NCBI GenBank assembly: GCA_004431415.1
Contig: QPMI01000209.1
Location: 95,406-159,405, forward strand
Origin: Cyanophora paradoxa CCMP329
Taxonomy: Eukaryota > Plantae > Glaucophyta
Reading direction: 5' to 3'
DNA length: 64,000 bases
Part shown: one piece after another, positions 53,173-64,000 of the stretch
Layout of the letters: each line of letters starts with the position of its first letter
Position numbering within the stretch: position 1 is the stretch's first letter
Notes under the pieces: generated by a model
What the model saw: the letters and a program-made list of their open reading frames with translations, nothing else
Database searches by the model: none
Told to the model about the DNA's origin: nothing
Program-made: the position numbers and the translations under genes

Positions 53173-53767
53173 CCGTAGAACAGGAAAATACTGGACGCTG
53201 ATAATTAGTGGAGCCCGAAATTAGTGGACCGAAATCTTGACTCAGTCCACTAATTTCGGGATCCAGTATTTCCCTGTTGCTGAGATGCCCCATGCATACA
53301 GTACCCCCCCGAATTACTGCCTCATCAAGCCTGAAAAGGGGGGGCGCATAGCCCAGTGGTTAACGCTGCTCCTTGGCAAGCCCAAGACGCGTGTTCGAAT
53401 CCCGGTCGTCATATTACGCGGGCAACACGGTCGAAGGGCGGGGTTCAAATCCCACCAAGTACGATAAGTGACCCACTCGTCCTACCCGGACAGCCCGTGC
53501 CCAGTGAGGCAGTATCCGCGATGGCCGCGGGGGAGTGACTCAAAGGGTGGCGCTTAGGCGCCGGATCTGACCAGGTCTCTGTCCGTCCCACTGGGCGGGG
53601 GGACCGCATTGGGCAGTGAACACCGTGGGGGCGATGCCCTCACCCCTCCCAAAAAAAAAAGCCTGAAAAGGTTTTGGTCCACTAATTTCGGGCTCCAGTA
53701 TTTTGCCTAAGGAAGGGCCGAGTTTTATGATCCACTAATTTCCGGCCCAGTATTTTCCTGTTCTACG
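53173..53767. mobile_element. MITE (Tc1/mariner-pogo-like), host of the SINE
   Basis: TA then TIR CCGTAGAACAGGAAAATACTGG at 53173-53194, inverted CCAGTATTTTCCTGTTCTACG at 53747-53767, subterminal CCACTAATTTCGGG repeats. Further TIR remnants near 54788-54823 and 54970-54990. Confidence 0.8.
53340..53658 (+). mobile_element. tRNA-derived SINE with poly(A) tail and 13-bp TSD
   Basis: A-box TAGCCCAGTGG at 53349-53359, B-box GTTCGAATCC at 53393-53402, A10 run at 53651-53660, TSD AAGCCTGAAAAGG at 53327-53339 and 53659-53671. Confidence 0.9.
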
Positions 53768-53782
53768 CCGACTCGTATAGGT

Positions 53783-53861
53783 TTGGTCCACTAATTTCGG
53801 GCTCCAGTATTTTGCCTAAGGAAGGGCCGAGTTTTATGATCCACTAATTTCCGGCCCAGTA
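53783..53861. repeat. Direct duplication of MITE right-subterminal segment 53674-53752
   Basis: Identical GGTCCACTAATTTCGGGCTCCAGTATTTTGCCTAAGG...GGCCCAGTAT. Confidence 0.85.
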
Positions 53862-53862
53862 T

Positions 53863-53984
53863 AGGCGGAGACGGAGCTACCCCTACAAATTCTCGGCTTT
53901 AGCAGGCGGGAAATATTTAGTAGATCGTCCAAAAACTTTTAGTACTATAAATATGCAGCCCACTAAATATTTCTAGTTCTACAG
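53863..53984. repeat. Partial second copy of the 52712-52949 MITE
   Basis: About 120 bp nearly identical to 52829-52949. Confidence 0.8.
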
Positions 53985-54228
53985 TAGTCGCCGTCGCCGC
54001 ACTGCGGCAGTACCTACTAGTACGTAGTCGCCGTCGCCGCAGTACCTACTAGCCTAGTACTAGGCTACCACTGGCTATATATAAATATCTACCAGCCGAT
54101 GATGCGCACGGCCTGCATCATTGGCCGGGGCCATTCGTGGCATCACTCATCATTGCATTATTGATCATGACGTCGACTAGTACTCCGAGTCTCCGATAAA
54201 AGAGTCCGATTCATGAGTTATCACCGAT

Positions 54229-54360
54229 CACTGACGGCAATTTAATTTCAGTGAATCTTTGTTTTTTGAGAGACTCCCCCCACTGAATCACTGACGGCAC
54301 GAAAAGAGCCTAATTCAATGATTCGAATCACTGACGGCAATTTAATTTACGGCAATTTAA
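54229..54360. repeat. ATCACTGACGGCA short dispersed repeats, 3 copies
   Basis: At about 54228, 54287 and 54327. Possibly subterminal repeats of a decayed element. Confidence 0.6.
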
Positions 54361-54782
54361 TGCCATGACTGACGTCAACCCTAAGGACCACTTCTGAGTC
54401 AAGTTCTGACTTAGTACAGTCCTAATTATATAAGTACTAGAATGCTAGTAGTACTAGGATCCTCGGAGTGCGCAGTGGGTGCCACTGCGCGGCGCTGCGC
54501 CGGCGCATGCGCAGTGCGCACTGCCGCAGTGCGCGCGCTGCGCTGCTGAGTCTGCGGCGACTCTGCGCGCAGCCTGCGCGGCGCAGGCCCAGCGCGGCCG
54601 CGCGCCGCCGCGGCGGCGCGCGCACTGCGGCAATGCGCCGCGCATGCCATGATATTGATGATGCGCATCAGCGCATGCGCACTGCGCCGCAGTCAGAGTC
54701 TGCGCGCACCATGGCATGGCGCAGCCGCTGATCCGATGATCATGAAAACCGGAATACGTATGGTACGTACTGTATTTTCATG

Positions 54783-55120
54783 AATGGCCAGTATTTTCCT
54801 GGCCAGTAATTTCCTGTTCTACGGTACGTACGCGTCACTGAGTCAGCTTGGCAGCCTGGCAGTGAGTGACAGGCTGACAGCTGCGCATGCAGTGACCGTC
54901 GACGTCGACCGTCGGACGTCCGACGGTCGGACGTCACGCGTACGCTGCACTGCGGCAGCTGCATTAATGGCCAGTATTTTCCTGTTCTACACGTATACGG
55001 TACGTACGCGTCAGCTTGGCAGCCTGGCAGTGAGTGACAGGCTGACAGCTGCGCATGCAGTGACCGTCGACGTCGACCGTCGGACGTCGGACGTCACGCG
55101 TACGCTGCAGCTGCATTAAT
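54783..55120. repeat. Tandem duplication of a unit of about 150-185 bp whose copies differ by 8-bp footprint insertions
   Basis: Shared CCAGTATTTTCCTG...TCAGCTTGGCAGCCTGGCAGTGAGTGACAGG...GCTGCATTAAT. Confidence 0.9.
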
Positions 55121-56155
55121 TTTTGCATTCAAATGATTAACATTCAATGATTATGCGACGTCGACGTTTTGGAGTCTACCGGGTACTTGCCTACTACTTT
55201 CTGAGTGCGATCATAAGCATAGTGCAAGCCTTTCTAGTCCTCACTCGAACCCGACTGCCCCGCGGCCGGCCCTAGGCCTAGGCCTCGCGATCGGGCTCGG
55301 CCGCGGGGTCCGACCGATTCCCATGCGCTATATATATGCCTCGGCCTGTGTTATCGATCGCGACACTAGTACTAGTACTCGATCGTGCTAGCTTGAGGGT
55401 TAGCTTAAGTCCTTCAAGGCTTTTGCTCGACCTGTATATACGTAGTACTAGTTCGCCACCGTTCGCATATTTAAAATTTCGATTGCACACCTCGCGCGGC
55501 GAAGCCTGCAGCTGCGCATGCTTTAATTTTGCAATTGATCATGATCAGTGATTCTGAGCTCGAGGCTAGATCCGCCCGATCCGCTTCCGTATTAAATTTG
55601 AAAAATTCCCCTTGAACTCCGGATCCGGATCCCTCTCCTCAGTTCGCCAGAAAAAAAAGACAAATTCGTGGTTGACGTTAACAGATTTTACGGTATATAT
55701 ACACGGAGAAGCTGTTGCGATGATCGTGATGATCATGATCACCGTCTGAACCCCGCCTGGCCTCGCCTGATCATGACTTCGGAGACGGGGCTGGCGCCTC
55801 ACGCCTCGCGGGGTGGGGTCCGGGGGGGCGGGCCCGAGCGGCCGCCTGCTTCGGGGATCGACGAGAGGCCGTTGCGCTACGCGCGCGGGGGCGCCCCCGC
55901 CAGTCAGGATCAGTCCAGCCGGTTGTAATTAGCGCCGCTCTAGACCTGGATCTGGGCCCGGGGGAGCGGCTGTGGGAGCAACGATGATCGATATACCACA
56001 GGGTTTAGATTGATATTAATTGAGAAGATTTGTCTATATAGCCATGTGCATATTAGAATCGACGAAGCAAACGTGCGCGGGTCTAGATTCATGGCAGGGG
56101 ATCTGGCTCTGGTTTGAACTTGTAAACGGTGACCAGCTCACGATCACGATCACGA

Positions 56156-59100
56156 TCAGATCTAGAGCGGGGCGGGATCGCGGGGCGGGGGGGGGCGGGG
56201 CGCGGGGGCGGGGGCGGGCGGACCTCGGGGCGCTCGAGGACGTGCCGCGCGATGGCCGCCCGCAGGGTATCCCGCAGGACTGCATGGCGCGGGTGAGCGG
56301 GGGGGGCCGGCGCCGGCCGCGGGGCCGGGGCGGGCGGGCGGGGGCGGGGCCGCACTCGGCTTCGTGAGGTGGTCTGCGCGCGCGTGCGCGGCGGGCGGGG
56401 CGGGCCGGGGCGGGGCGGGCGGGGCGCCGGCGCGGTCAGCTGCAGAGCGGGGCGGGCGGGCGGTGACATATAGATATCCCTCGTCTAGCGGCGCTGCTCG
56501 CCCCGCGGCGGTGGCGGAGCGGACCGTCCATGCCGGCCTCGAGGGAGCGCGCCGAGTCGCCTACCGTCGAGTGCGCCGTCAGCGCCTGCCGCGCGCGAGA
56601 CCGATCTCGAAGGCGAGCGACGCGGGACCGGCGGGGGTCGGCCGGGCCGGGGGCGAGGAGCGCGGGAGGGCTAGAGGGGTACACGGCACCACGATGGGGA
56701 CGCGGGGCGGGGCCGCCCCGGGGCTCGCCTCCGCCCGGGCCCGCTCGATCTCGCGGATCTCCCGCGTCGCCTCGTACCCGTCCTTCGCCGGCATCTGGGG
56801 GTACACGTTTTCAGATTTTACAGATGCGGGAGGTCGACGATAAACGCACCTGGCAATCTGCGCTCGGAATTAGATGGGGCGGGACGGGCTGGGGGCGGGC
56901 GGGGCGGCGGACCCATGAGGACGAGGTCGGGGGGCACGTCCCCTCCCGCGAAGGCGGCCACCGCCTCGTTGCCTGCGGCCGGCCGTGGGTACGTACGGCC
57001 GCGGGCGGGAGACTGCTAGCAGGCGGGGGCGGGGGCGGGCCATCGGAGGCGACGGAGACGGAGCAGCCGAGGCGCTCGAGCATCGCCCTCGCCAGCCGCT
57101 GGTTCACCGCGTTGTCTGCGCCCCCGCGCCCCCACGCGCTCGAGCTCGGAGGGCCGCGGCGCGGCAGCGGCGACGGGGGGCGGGCAGGGCCCCACCCTCC
57201 ACGAGGAGCACGCGCACGCCGGAGAGGTCGCGCCCGGCGGCCGCCCCGGGCCCCGCCCCGGCCGCTCCCCGCCAAGGCCGCCCCCGCCGGCCGTCATCGC
57301 CGCGTACGTGATCGCCTCGCGCTGGAGGGAGAGTGGGGGCGGCGGGGGGCGCAGAAGCGCTGGAGCGCGCACGAGGCCCGTCGACTCGTCGAGGAGCGCC
57401 GAGGGCCGCCCCCCAACCCCGCCCCCGCCCGCGCGTGCGCCTGCGCCGGCGACCCCCCGCCGAGCTGCGGCGGCGGGGCCGGCGCCGGTGATCATGAGCT
57501 CTGGCGGCTCTTGGAGAGGGGTGGGATGGGCCGCGCCTGGCGTCCGCAAAGAAGACGGGGGAGCCGAGCGCGAAGGCTGACGGGTCGGCCCCGGGCGGCG
57601 GCGCGCTTGCCACGCCGCTGCGCGTGCCGCCCGTCGCGATCGCGAGAGGCCGGCGCCGGCGCGGGACGCGGTCGCGGGCACCGGCGGGGCTCGGCGGGGG
57701 CGGCGACGGCGACGGCGGCGGGCGGGAGGACGAGGGCCGGCGGCTGGCGCGAGCCGCGGCTCCGCGCCAGGATCGCCAGGTCGGAGCCTGCGGGGGCGCT
57801 CGCGCGGGGGCGGCGCTAGCGGCGGCGGGCCGGGGCCGGGGCCGGGGCCGGAACGCACCGCGGAGGGGCGCGAAGCTGGCCGACGTGGTGCTCGAGCGCT
57901 GTCAAGGGCCTAAGCGGCGGGGCGCGGAGCGGAGTGGGGCGGGGCGGGGCGCACCTGCGAGCGCGCGCTGGAGGCCGTCGAGAAGGGGATCGAGCCGCGG
58001 CGCCCCTGCGCGCTCTCCTCCAGGCTCCCCAGCAGCGCCGAAGCGATGCCCGAGAGGGGCCGGGGCGGGGCGGATGCGGGGCGGCTGGGCGGGGGCGAGG
58101 CGGCCGGCTCGCGCTCCTCCCGGCTCGTCGTGCGGGGCGCCCCCAGGCTAGCGGTGCCCTGCGTCGATCCCGCCACGCTCCGCCCTGGCGGCGAGGGCGA
58201 CGGGCTGCGCGGGCTGCCCCCGCGCCCCTCCGAGGGCGACCGCGACGGGCTCCGCCCCCGCGTCAGCGGCGTCGCCACGCCGCTGACGCTCGACCGCCGG
58301 CGGCCCCGCGCGGCGGCCTCCTCGGCGGCGGCGGCGGCGGCGGCCCCGGCGGAGGTGCCGTACTCGGGGGCGTGGGAGAGGGGCGAGAGGGCGCGGCGGA
58401 GGGCGGCGGCGGAGAAGGCGCCGGCGGGGCGGTGGGCGGAACCGAGGGAACTCGGGGCGAGGCCGGGGCGGGGCGGCCCGCCCCGCGCGGCGGGCTGCTG
58501 CTCCCGCTCGAGCTCGTCACGGGCTTCGGGCGGATCACCGGCGAGCGCTGCGCCGGCGCCGGCGGTCGCGCGGGTCAGCGGCGGCGTCAGGAGGGCTAAC
58601 AGCGGCGCTTCAGGACTCGGGCGCACCTCGTAGGCCGAGGTGGACTCGGTCTCCGTCTCGGCGCGCTCGGAGAGGGCCGGCGGGGGCGGCGAGAGGCGCC
58701 CCGCGGCGCTGGCGGAGGAGGCGGCGGCGGCGCGGCGCGAGCGGCGCCCGGGCTCGCGGTCGTGCTCCGGCGTCGGGGCAAAGAGCGACTGCGGGCGGTC
58801 CGGCGCCGGCGCCGGCGCCGCTGGCGACCAGGAGGAGCGGCCGTGGCCGGCGGCCGCCGGCGAGGGCGCCGGCGGGGCCGAGGCCGGGCGCAAGAGGGGC
58901 GTCTGGAGCCTCGATTGGACCCCGGAGCCGGAGGCGGCGGGGAAACGATGCGGATGGCCTTGGGCGCCGCGGCCGGGGAGGGGGCCCCCGAAGGAGGCGC
59001 CGGGGAGAGGACGCCGAAGGCCGGCGAGGGCGCCGGGCTCCCCTGCGGCTGCCCCGAGGCGGCGGCGCGCGCCGCGCCGACGTCCGCCGCGTCCTCCACC

Positions 59101-62100
59101 ACCGCTGCCGGCGCGCGCGGCGCGGCTCCGGCGGTCAGGCTGGCCCGGCGGCACGGCCCGGAGGGCTCGGGCGGGGCGGGGCAGGCGACGCGCCGCCGCA
59201 CCGACGTAGAGGGGCGCGGCGGGGCCGGCGCCCCCGGCGGAGGCGGCCGCCGACGCGACGGGCGTCACCGTGATCTGCGCGGCCCGTCGATGCCTGGGGC
59301 GATCGGAGGCGGGGCGGGCCGCCGGGGCGAGCGCACGCAGACGGGGGCGCTGGCGCCGTCGGGCCGCACGGCATACGTCAGCTCCCGCATGCTCCCGCCC
59401 CCGGCCGCCTCCCTGCGCCCGCGGCGTCAGCGCAAGGCGACAATGACAGGCGGCGCGGCGCGGCGCGGCGCGCGCCGCGAGTCGCTGGGCGCTGTGAAGA
59501 GGGCCGCGGCGCTCGTCCCCACGACCCCGCCAGGCCCGCCCTGCGCGCGCCCTTCGAGCTTCAGGGAAACGAAGGGCGGTGCGGGGCGGGGCGAGGGAGG
59601 GCGGGCGGGCCTGGGCGCCGACGAGGGCGGCGAGGGCGGGGTTCGCAGCGACGACCGTCCCTGCGCCCCGCCCGCCCCGCCCCGCCCCGGGTCAGCCGGC
59701 TTCGCTTCCACTCGCAGAGCGCGCCTCGCATCCGAGCGACGCAGGCGGGGCGGGGCGGGGCGGGGCGGGCCTCGGCATCCAGGACGAGGAAGCCGAAGGG
59801 GGCGTTCTCCCACACAAGCCCGGGGCCCGGGCCAGCCTGCCCCGCCCCGCCCCGCGCCGCCCCGGCTTAGCATGAGGAGGAGGGTGCTGGGGCGGGGAGT
59901 TGGGGGGGGGGGGGGGGGGGGGGAGGGGGGGGGGTTGGAGGGAGGGGAGGATGCGCGCCGTGCTCTTGGTGGCGGGGGCGGGGCGCGGGCGCTCTTCTCC
60001 ACCGCGGGACCTGTCGCGGCCGTCCTCCGCCCCGGGTTGCGCCTCCTCCTGCCGCTCGCCACGTCAGTTCAGCTGCCGAATGAAGGGGGCGGCGAGGTAA
60101 GACGCGGCGGAGGCGCTGGACGCGCTCCCGCGCGCTTGCTCGACGGCATGCAGAGTAGATTCCGTTTCGGAGCGCGGGCCGGGGCGGGCCGGGCGGGGGC
60201 CGCGGGGGCGGCCGGGGCGCACGAATTTGCCGGCGATGAAGTCGGCGATGATTTGGACGGACTGCATCAGCTGGTGCGGGATCCTGCCGCTCTCATCGTC
60301 AGGAGGCGGGCGGGGGCGGGGCGGGGCGCCGGCGAGGGGCGGGGGAGAGGGGGCGGGCATGAGGAGGAGGGAGACGGAGACATTGCCCTCCTCCTCCAGC
60401 TCCCGCAGCACCGGCAGCACCAGCCCCGCTGCCCCAGCGCGCGTCAGACTTTTGATCACGAGGAAACGGGGTGGGGGTTGGTTGATACCGAAGGCGAGGG
60501 CGAGGATGACGACGGCGCCCTCTGCACACGGTACCCCGCCCGAGGGTCAGCGGGCCGGCTGCAGCCCTGTGCCTGCGCCAAGCGTCGCGCTCCACGCACC
60601 GAAGATGGCTTCCTGCGCGCGCGGCGCGCCTCAGAAAAAGACCGAAGGAGGGGAGGCGGGGGCGGGGGGGGGGGCGGGGGGCCGGGCCTGGTAGCGGGCG
60701 GCGCGGCGGAGGGCGCGGGTGGCGTCGGCGCGCAGCAGGCTCTCCGAGGCCTCCAGCTGCCAGGCGAGGAGCGAGCGCATCGCGCCGTCCGCCGAGGCGT
60801 ACGGCCCGCTCGCCCCGTACGCGAGCTCCTCCTCTGATCACGCGGCGCCCGCTCTGAGCTGACGCGGCAGAGGCTAGAAGAGCGGGAGGGCTCACCGGGG
60901 GCGTTGGCGAGCTGGCGGCAGTCGTCTGCGCAGGAGCGGAGTGAGGGAGAAGGAGCTGGGAGGGCAGCGGGGCGGGGCGGGGCGGGGCGGGGCGGGCGGG
61001 CGGGGGCGGGCCGAGGAGGCGGGAGACGCTGAAGTCGAGGCCGTAGTGGGCGCGGTCCGCCGGGCGGGCCCCCTGCAGGCGCGTCCGGAGCTGGCGGGGG
61101 GCGGGGCGGGCGGGGCGGGGCGGCGGACGTGGGAGAAGTTGAGGGAGAGGCGGTTCGCCGCGTCGCTCGCCAGCCTCCACGCCGTCTGCCCGCGCGAGGG
61201 AGCTCGCGCGAGGGCGGCGCGAGGGGCGGCGCGGCGAGGGGCGGGGCGGGCGGTGCGGCGGACGTGGAAGTGGCCGAGGTGCTCGCCGGGGGCCGGGTCG
61301 AAGGCCGGGCTCCCGTACATCAGCTCCTCCAGCGTCTCCAGCCGCCGCGACATCCCTGCGAGGCCCAGCTGAGCAGATGGAGCTCCGGGCGCGCAACGCG
61401 GCCGGCGCCGGCGCTGGCGCCCCCGCGGGCGGACCGGGGAGGCCGAGCTCGGGGGAGCCGAAGTGGAGGGCGGCGTGCAGGGCGCCCGCCGCCGCCACCT
61501 CCCGCGCCAGCAGCTCCCGCACCTGTTGCCCCCGCCTCGGGCCAAGGCGGTCTCTTCGGGGCGGGGCGGACCGGGGGCCGGGGCGGGTGGCCCCACGTGG
61601 AGGCGTCCCCCGCCAGCAGCTCCAGCGCCAGCGCCTGCCGCGCCCTCAGGAGCGGGCGCGAAGGAGCGGGTCGGAGGCGGGCGGGCGGGGGCGGGGCGGG
61701 CACGTGGAGGCGGGCGGCGAGGACGTGGCGGCGGCAGGTGGCGGCGACCTCCCGCGCCGTCGCGATCCCGCGGTCGCGTGCCACGCCGCGTGCCCCACCT
61801 GCCCCGAGCCCTTCAGTGCCGGCCCCGAGATGCGCAGCGGGGCTGAGGCGCGCCATGGCGAGGACGCAGAGGGCGAGGATGCCGAAGGCCGCCCGCAGGC
61901 GCCGCGCCGCCCGCTCGTCCAGGCCCCGCCGCGCCGCCTGCGGGCGGGCTCGGGCCTTCGAACGGAGCGAAAGGCAAAGGAAGGGGCCGCACGGCGGAGG
62001 CCTCGGCCATGGCGACCTGCCGCTTCTGCGACGCCGTGAAGCGCACCTTGCGGCGCCGGCCCTGCGCCGCCTCAGAGGTGGGCGGGCGCGCCGGGGGGGG

Positions 62101-64000
62101 GCCCTCGGCCCGCGGGCCCGCCTGCGAGGATGCCTGCGACGAGCCGCCGCCGGCCTGCGGAGGCGGGTGGCGGTTCGGGTTGGACGAAGGGGGAGCTGGG
62201 CTGGGCTGGGCGGGCGCACGGCGGCGCGGCGGGCGGAGGGGTAGTCTGCAAACCCGAGGTCCACCGCCTCTTCCTGCGGGCCCCGTTCGATCCGACGGGA
62301 GAGCGGGGGCGGGCCCCCGGGGGCGGGGGCGCAGGGTCGCAGGGGCGCGCGTCCTCGGCGGTGGACTCGTCCTCGGCCTCCTGCTCCGCCTCCGCCGCCG
62401 CCTCCTCCTCCTCCTGCCCCGCCCGCAGAGCTCCCTGAGAGGGTGCTACGACTTCTGAGGGCGGGGGCGCGGGGGGGCGGGCCTCCTCCTCGAGGATGAC
62501 GTCCTCCTCGATACGGAGCGTCGCCAGCAGGTCCGACACCGCTGCCGCGCGCTGAGCGGGGCGGCGCGGCGCGGCGGGAGGGGGCGGACCGTCCTTGGGG
62601 ATGGCGGCGAAGATGCGGAGGGCGCGCCGCCGCTCCTCCTCCATCCCCGAGATCGCCGGCTGCCGCCCCGCCCCTCAGCACGGAGCACAGCGGGCGGGGC
62701 GGGCGGGGCGGGCCAGGATGAGGAGGGAGCGGACGAGGAAGCCGGCGGCCAGCAGGGCGAGCCCCAGGGACGCCTGCCCCCGCGCCGGCCTCAGACTCGG
62801 CGGGGCGGGGGCGAGGCCCCCGGGCCGGGGCAGGCTCGGGGACCTGGAAGGCGAGGTGGTAGCGCCCCTTGGAGGCACTCTGCGAGCTCGATCGGACGGC
62901 GCGGGCGGGGCGGGGCGGGGCGGGGCGGGGCGGGGCGCGCCGTGGCCCAGAAGAGGTCGACGGCGCGGGAGAAGGCCTCGAGGACCACCCCCGGGCCGTT
63001 GTCCACTGCCCCGCCCTCGTCGGGCGCACGCGCTCGCTTCGGCGGGGCGCGCGGGGCGCACGGACGAAGCGGACGTCGATGTGGGAGGTCCCCGCGCGCA
63101 GCGCCGCCCCCGCCAGCTGCGCCACGTCTGCCGCCTGCGCCCCGGCCGGCGCCGGCGCCGCTCGCGGCAGACACACGAGAGAGGGCTAGGGGGCGGGGGC
63201 ACGCGCGCCTTGCGGGCGAACATGGAGCCCAGGTCGAGGAAGGGCCGCATCTCCACCCGCCTACGCGCCGGCTAGTGAGAAGGCGGTGGGGCGGGGTGCG
63301 GCCGCGGGGGCCGGGGCGCGCGAGTTGTTGGCGGGGCCCGGGATGAACTCGCGGGCGGGGAAGAGGGCGCTCTCCATGAGCTCCCGCGTCGCCGCGTCCC
63401 CCGCCCGCGTCGCGTACGTGAAGATGTACCTGCGTATGCCGTCCCGCCCCACCGCCTCAGCCGCGGCGCCGAAGCCGCGCGGAGCGCCGGCGGATCGACC
63501 GGTGGATGCGGAAGAGGCGGCGGGCGGCGGCCCAGAGCTCGGCGCGGGCGCGGGCCTCGAGACCGGCGTCCCCCCGCTCCGCAGCGATCTGGCGGCCGGC
63601 GGTGAGCCCGGCGGCAAGGCGTGGCGGGGGCCGGCTCGGAAGGCGGACGAGGAGCTCGCGGGCGTGGAGGGCGGCGGCCTGCGAGAGGCGCGCGCGCTCC
63701 GACGCCAGCGCCACGAACTCCACCGACGACGCCTGCGAGCGGCCGGGGCTCGAGGAGGCCAGGGCCAGGGCCAGGAGCCAAGGGGCCGAGGCCGGGCGGG
63801 GGCGGGGCACCGTGTTCTCGAGGAGGGCCCGCACGGAGAGGAGGAAGAGGAGGCCCAGCAGCAGGCCCGCCTGCCCGGCGGCCGGGTGAGGCGGCGCGGT
63901 CCCATCTGCTCTGAGCGGGGCGGGACGGGGCGGGGCGGGCGCACGGCGCAGACGGCGAAGACGCGGCGGGTGAGGCCGACGAGAGAGGCCGAGCGCGACG
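56156..64000 (-). CDS. Partial multi-TM sensor with PAS domain and C-terminal response-regulator receiver domain (5' end outside window)
   Basis: Receiver: GVRVLLVE/DNAVNQRLARAMLERLGCSVSVASDG/NEAV..DLVLM/DCQ/MPAKDGYEATREIR..RVPIV/ALTAH..SLEAGMD/DHLTKP (about 56230-57225). PAS: WENAPFGFLVLDAE/GTVVAANPAL...VRPDG...ITVTPV (about 59255-59815). TM segments near 60500, 61870, 62740 and 63850. Confidence 0.8.

Noticed and set aside
53340-53412. Functional tRNA gene (Ala-like)
   Set aside because: Acceptor and anticodon stems do not pair properly, and it continues into a body with poly(A) and TSD, so it is a SINE head.
52229-54360. CRISPR-like array
   Set aside because: The repeats are irregular, occur in both orientations and are explained by MITE TIRs. 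The context is eukaryotic and no cas genes are seen.

Overview
Eukaryotic nuclear DNA, very GC-rich, with many short spliceosomal introns (mostly GTGC/GTCC...CTGAC...YAG, often with CCCCG runs). The ORF track is therefore fragmented and misleading. The style suggests a GC-rich protist or alga; a glaucophyte such as Cyanophora is an unverified guess. Seven spliced genes can be read: a small membrane protein (-), a coiled-coil/Pro-rich protein (+), a cyanobacterial-type Ser/Thr kinase (-), two tandem giant surface-receptor paralogues of about 16 and 19 kb (LamG, Cys-containing Ig-like repeats, IPT/TIG, PKD, SEA, multi-pass TM; +), a type I membrane glycoprotein (-), and a 5'-truncated TM-PAS-receiver protein (-). 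Intergenic 51.6-55.2 kb holds several TA-flanked MITEs and a tRNA-derived SINE nested in one of them. The most striking signal is intergenic DNA saturated with a rule-based 11-mer, NNN-C-revcomp(NNN)-G-NNN (13 copies in about 1.2 kb at 23.4-24.6 kb). Duplicated copies within the window differ by exactly NNN versus this 11-mer (8 bp). This fits stereotyped hairpin-mediated transposon excision footprints building the intergenic sequence. All exon structures were read by eye and gene ends are approximate.
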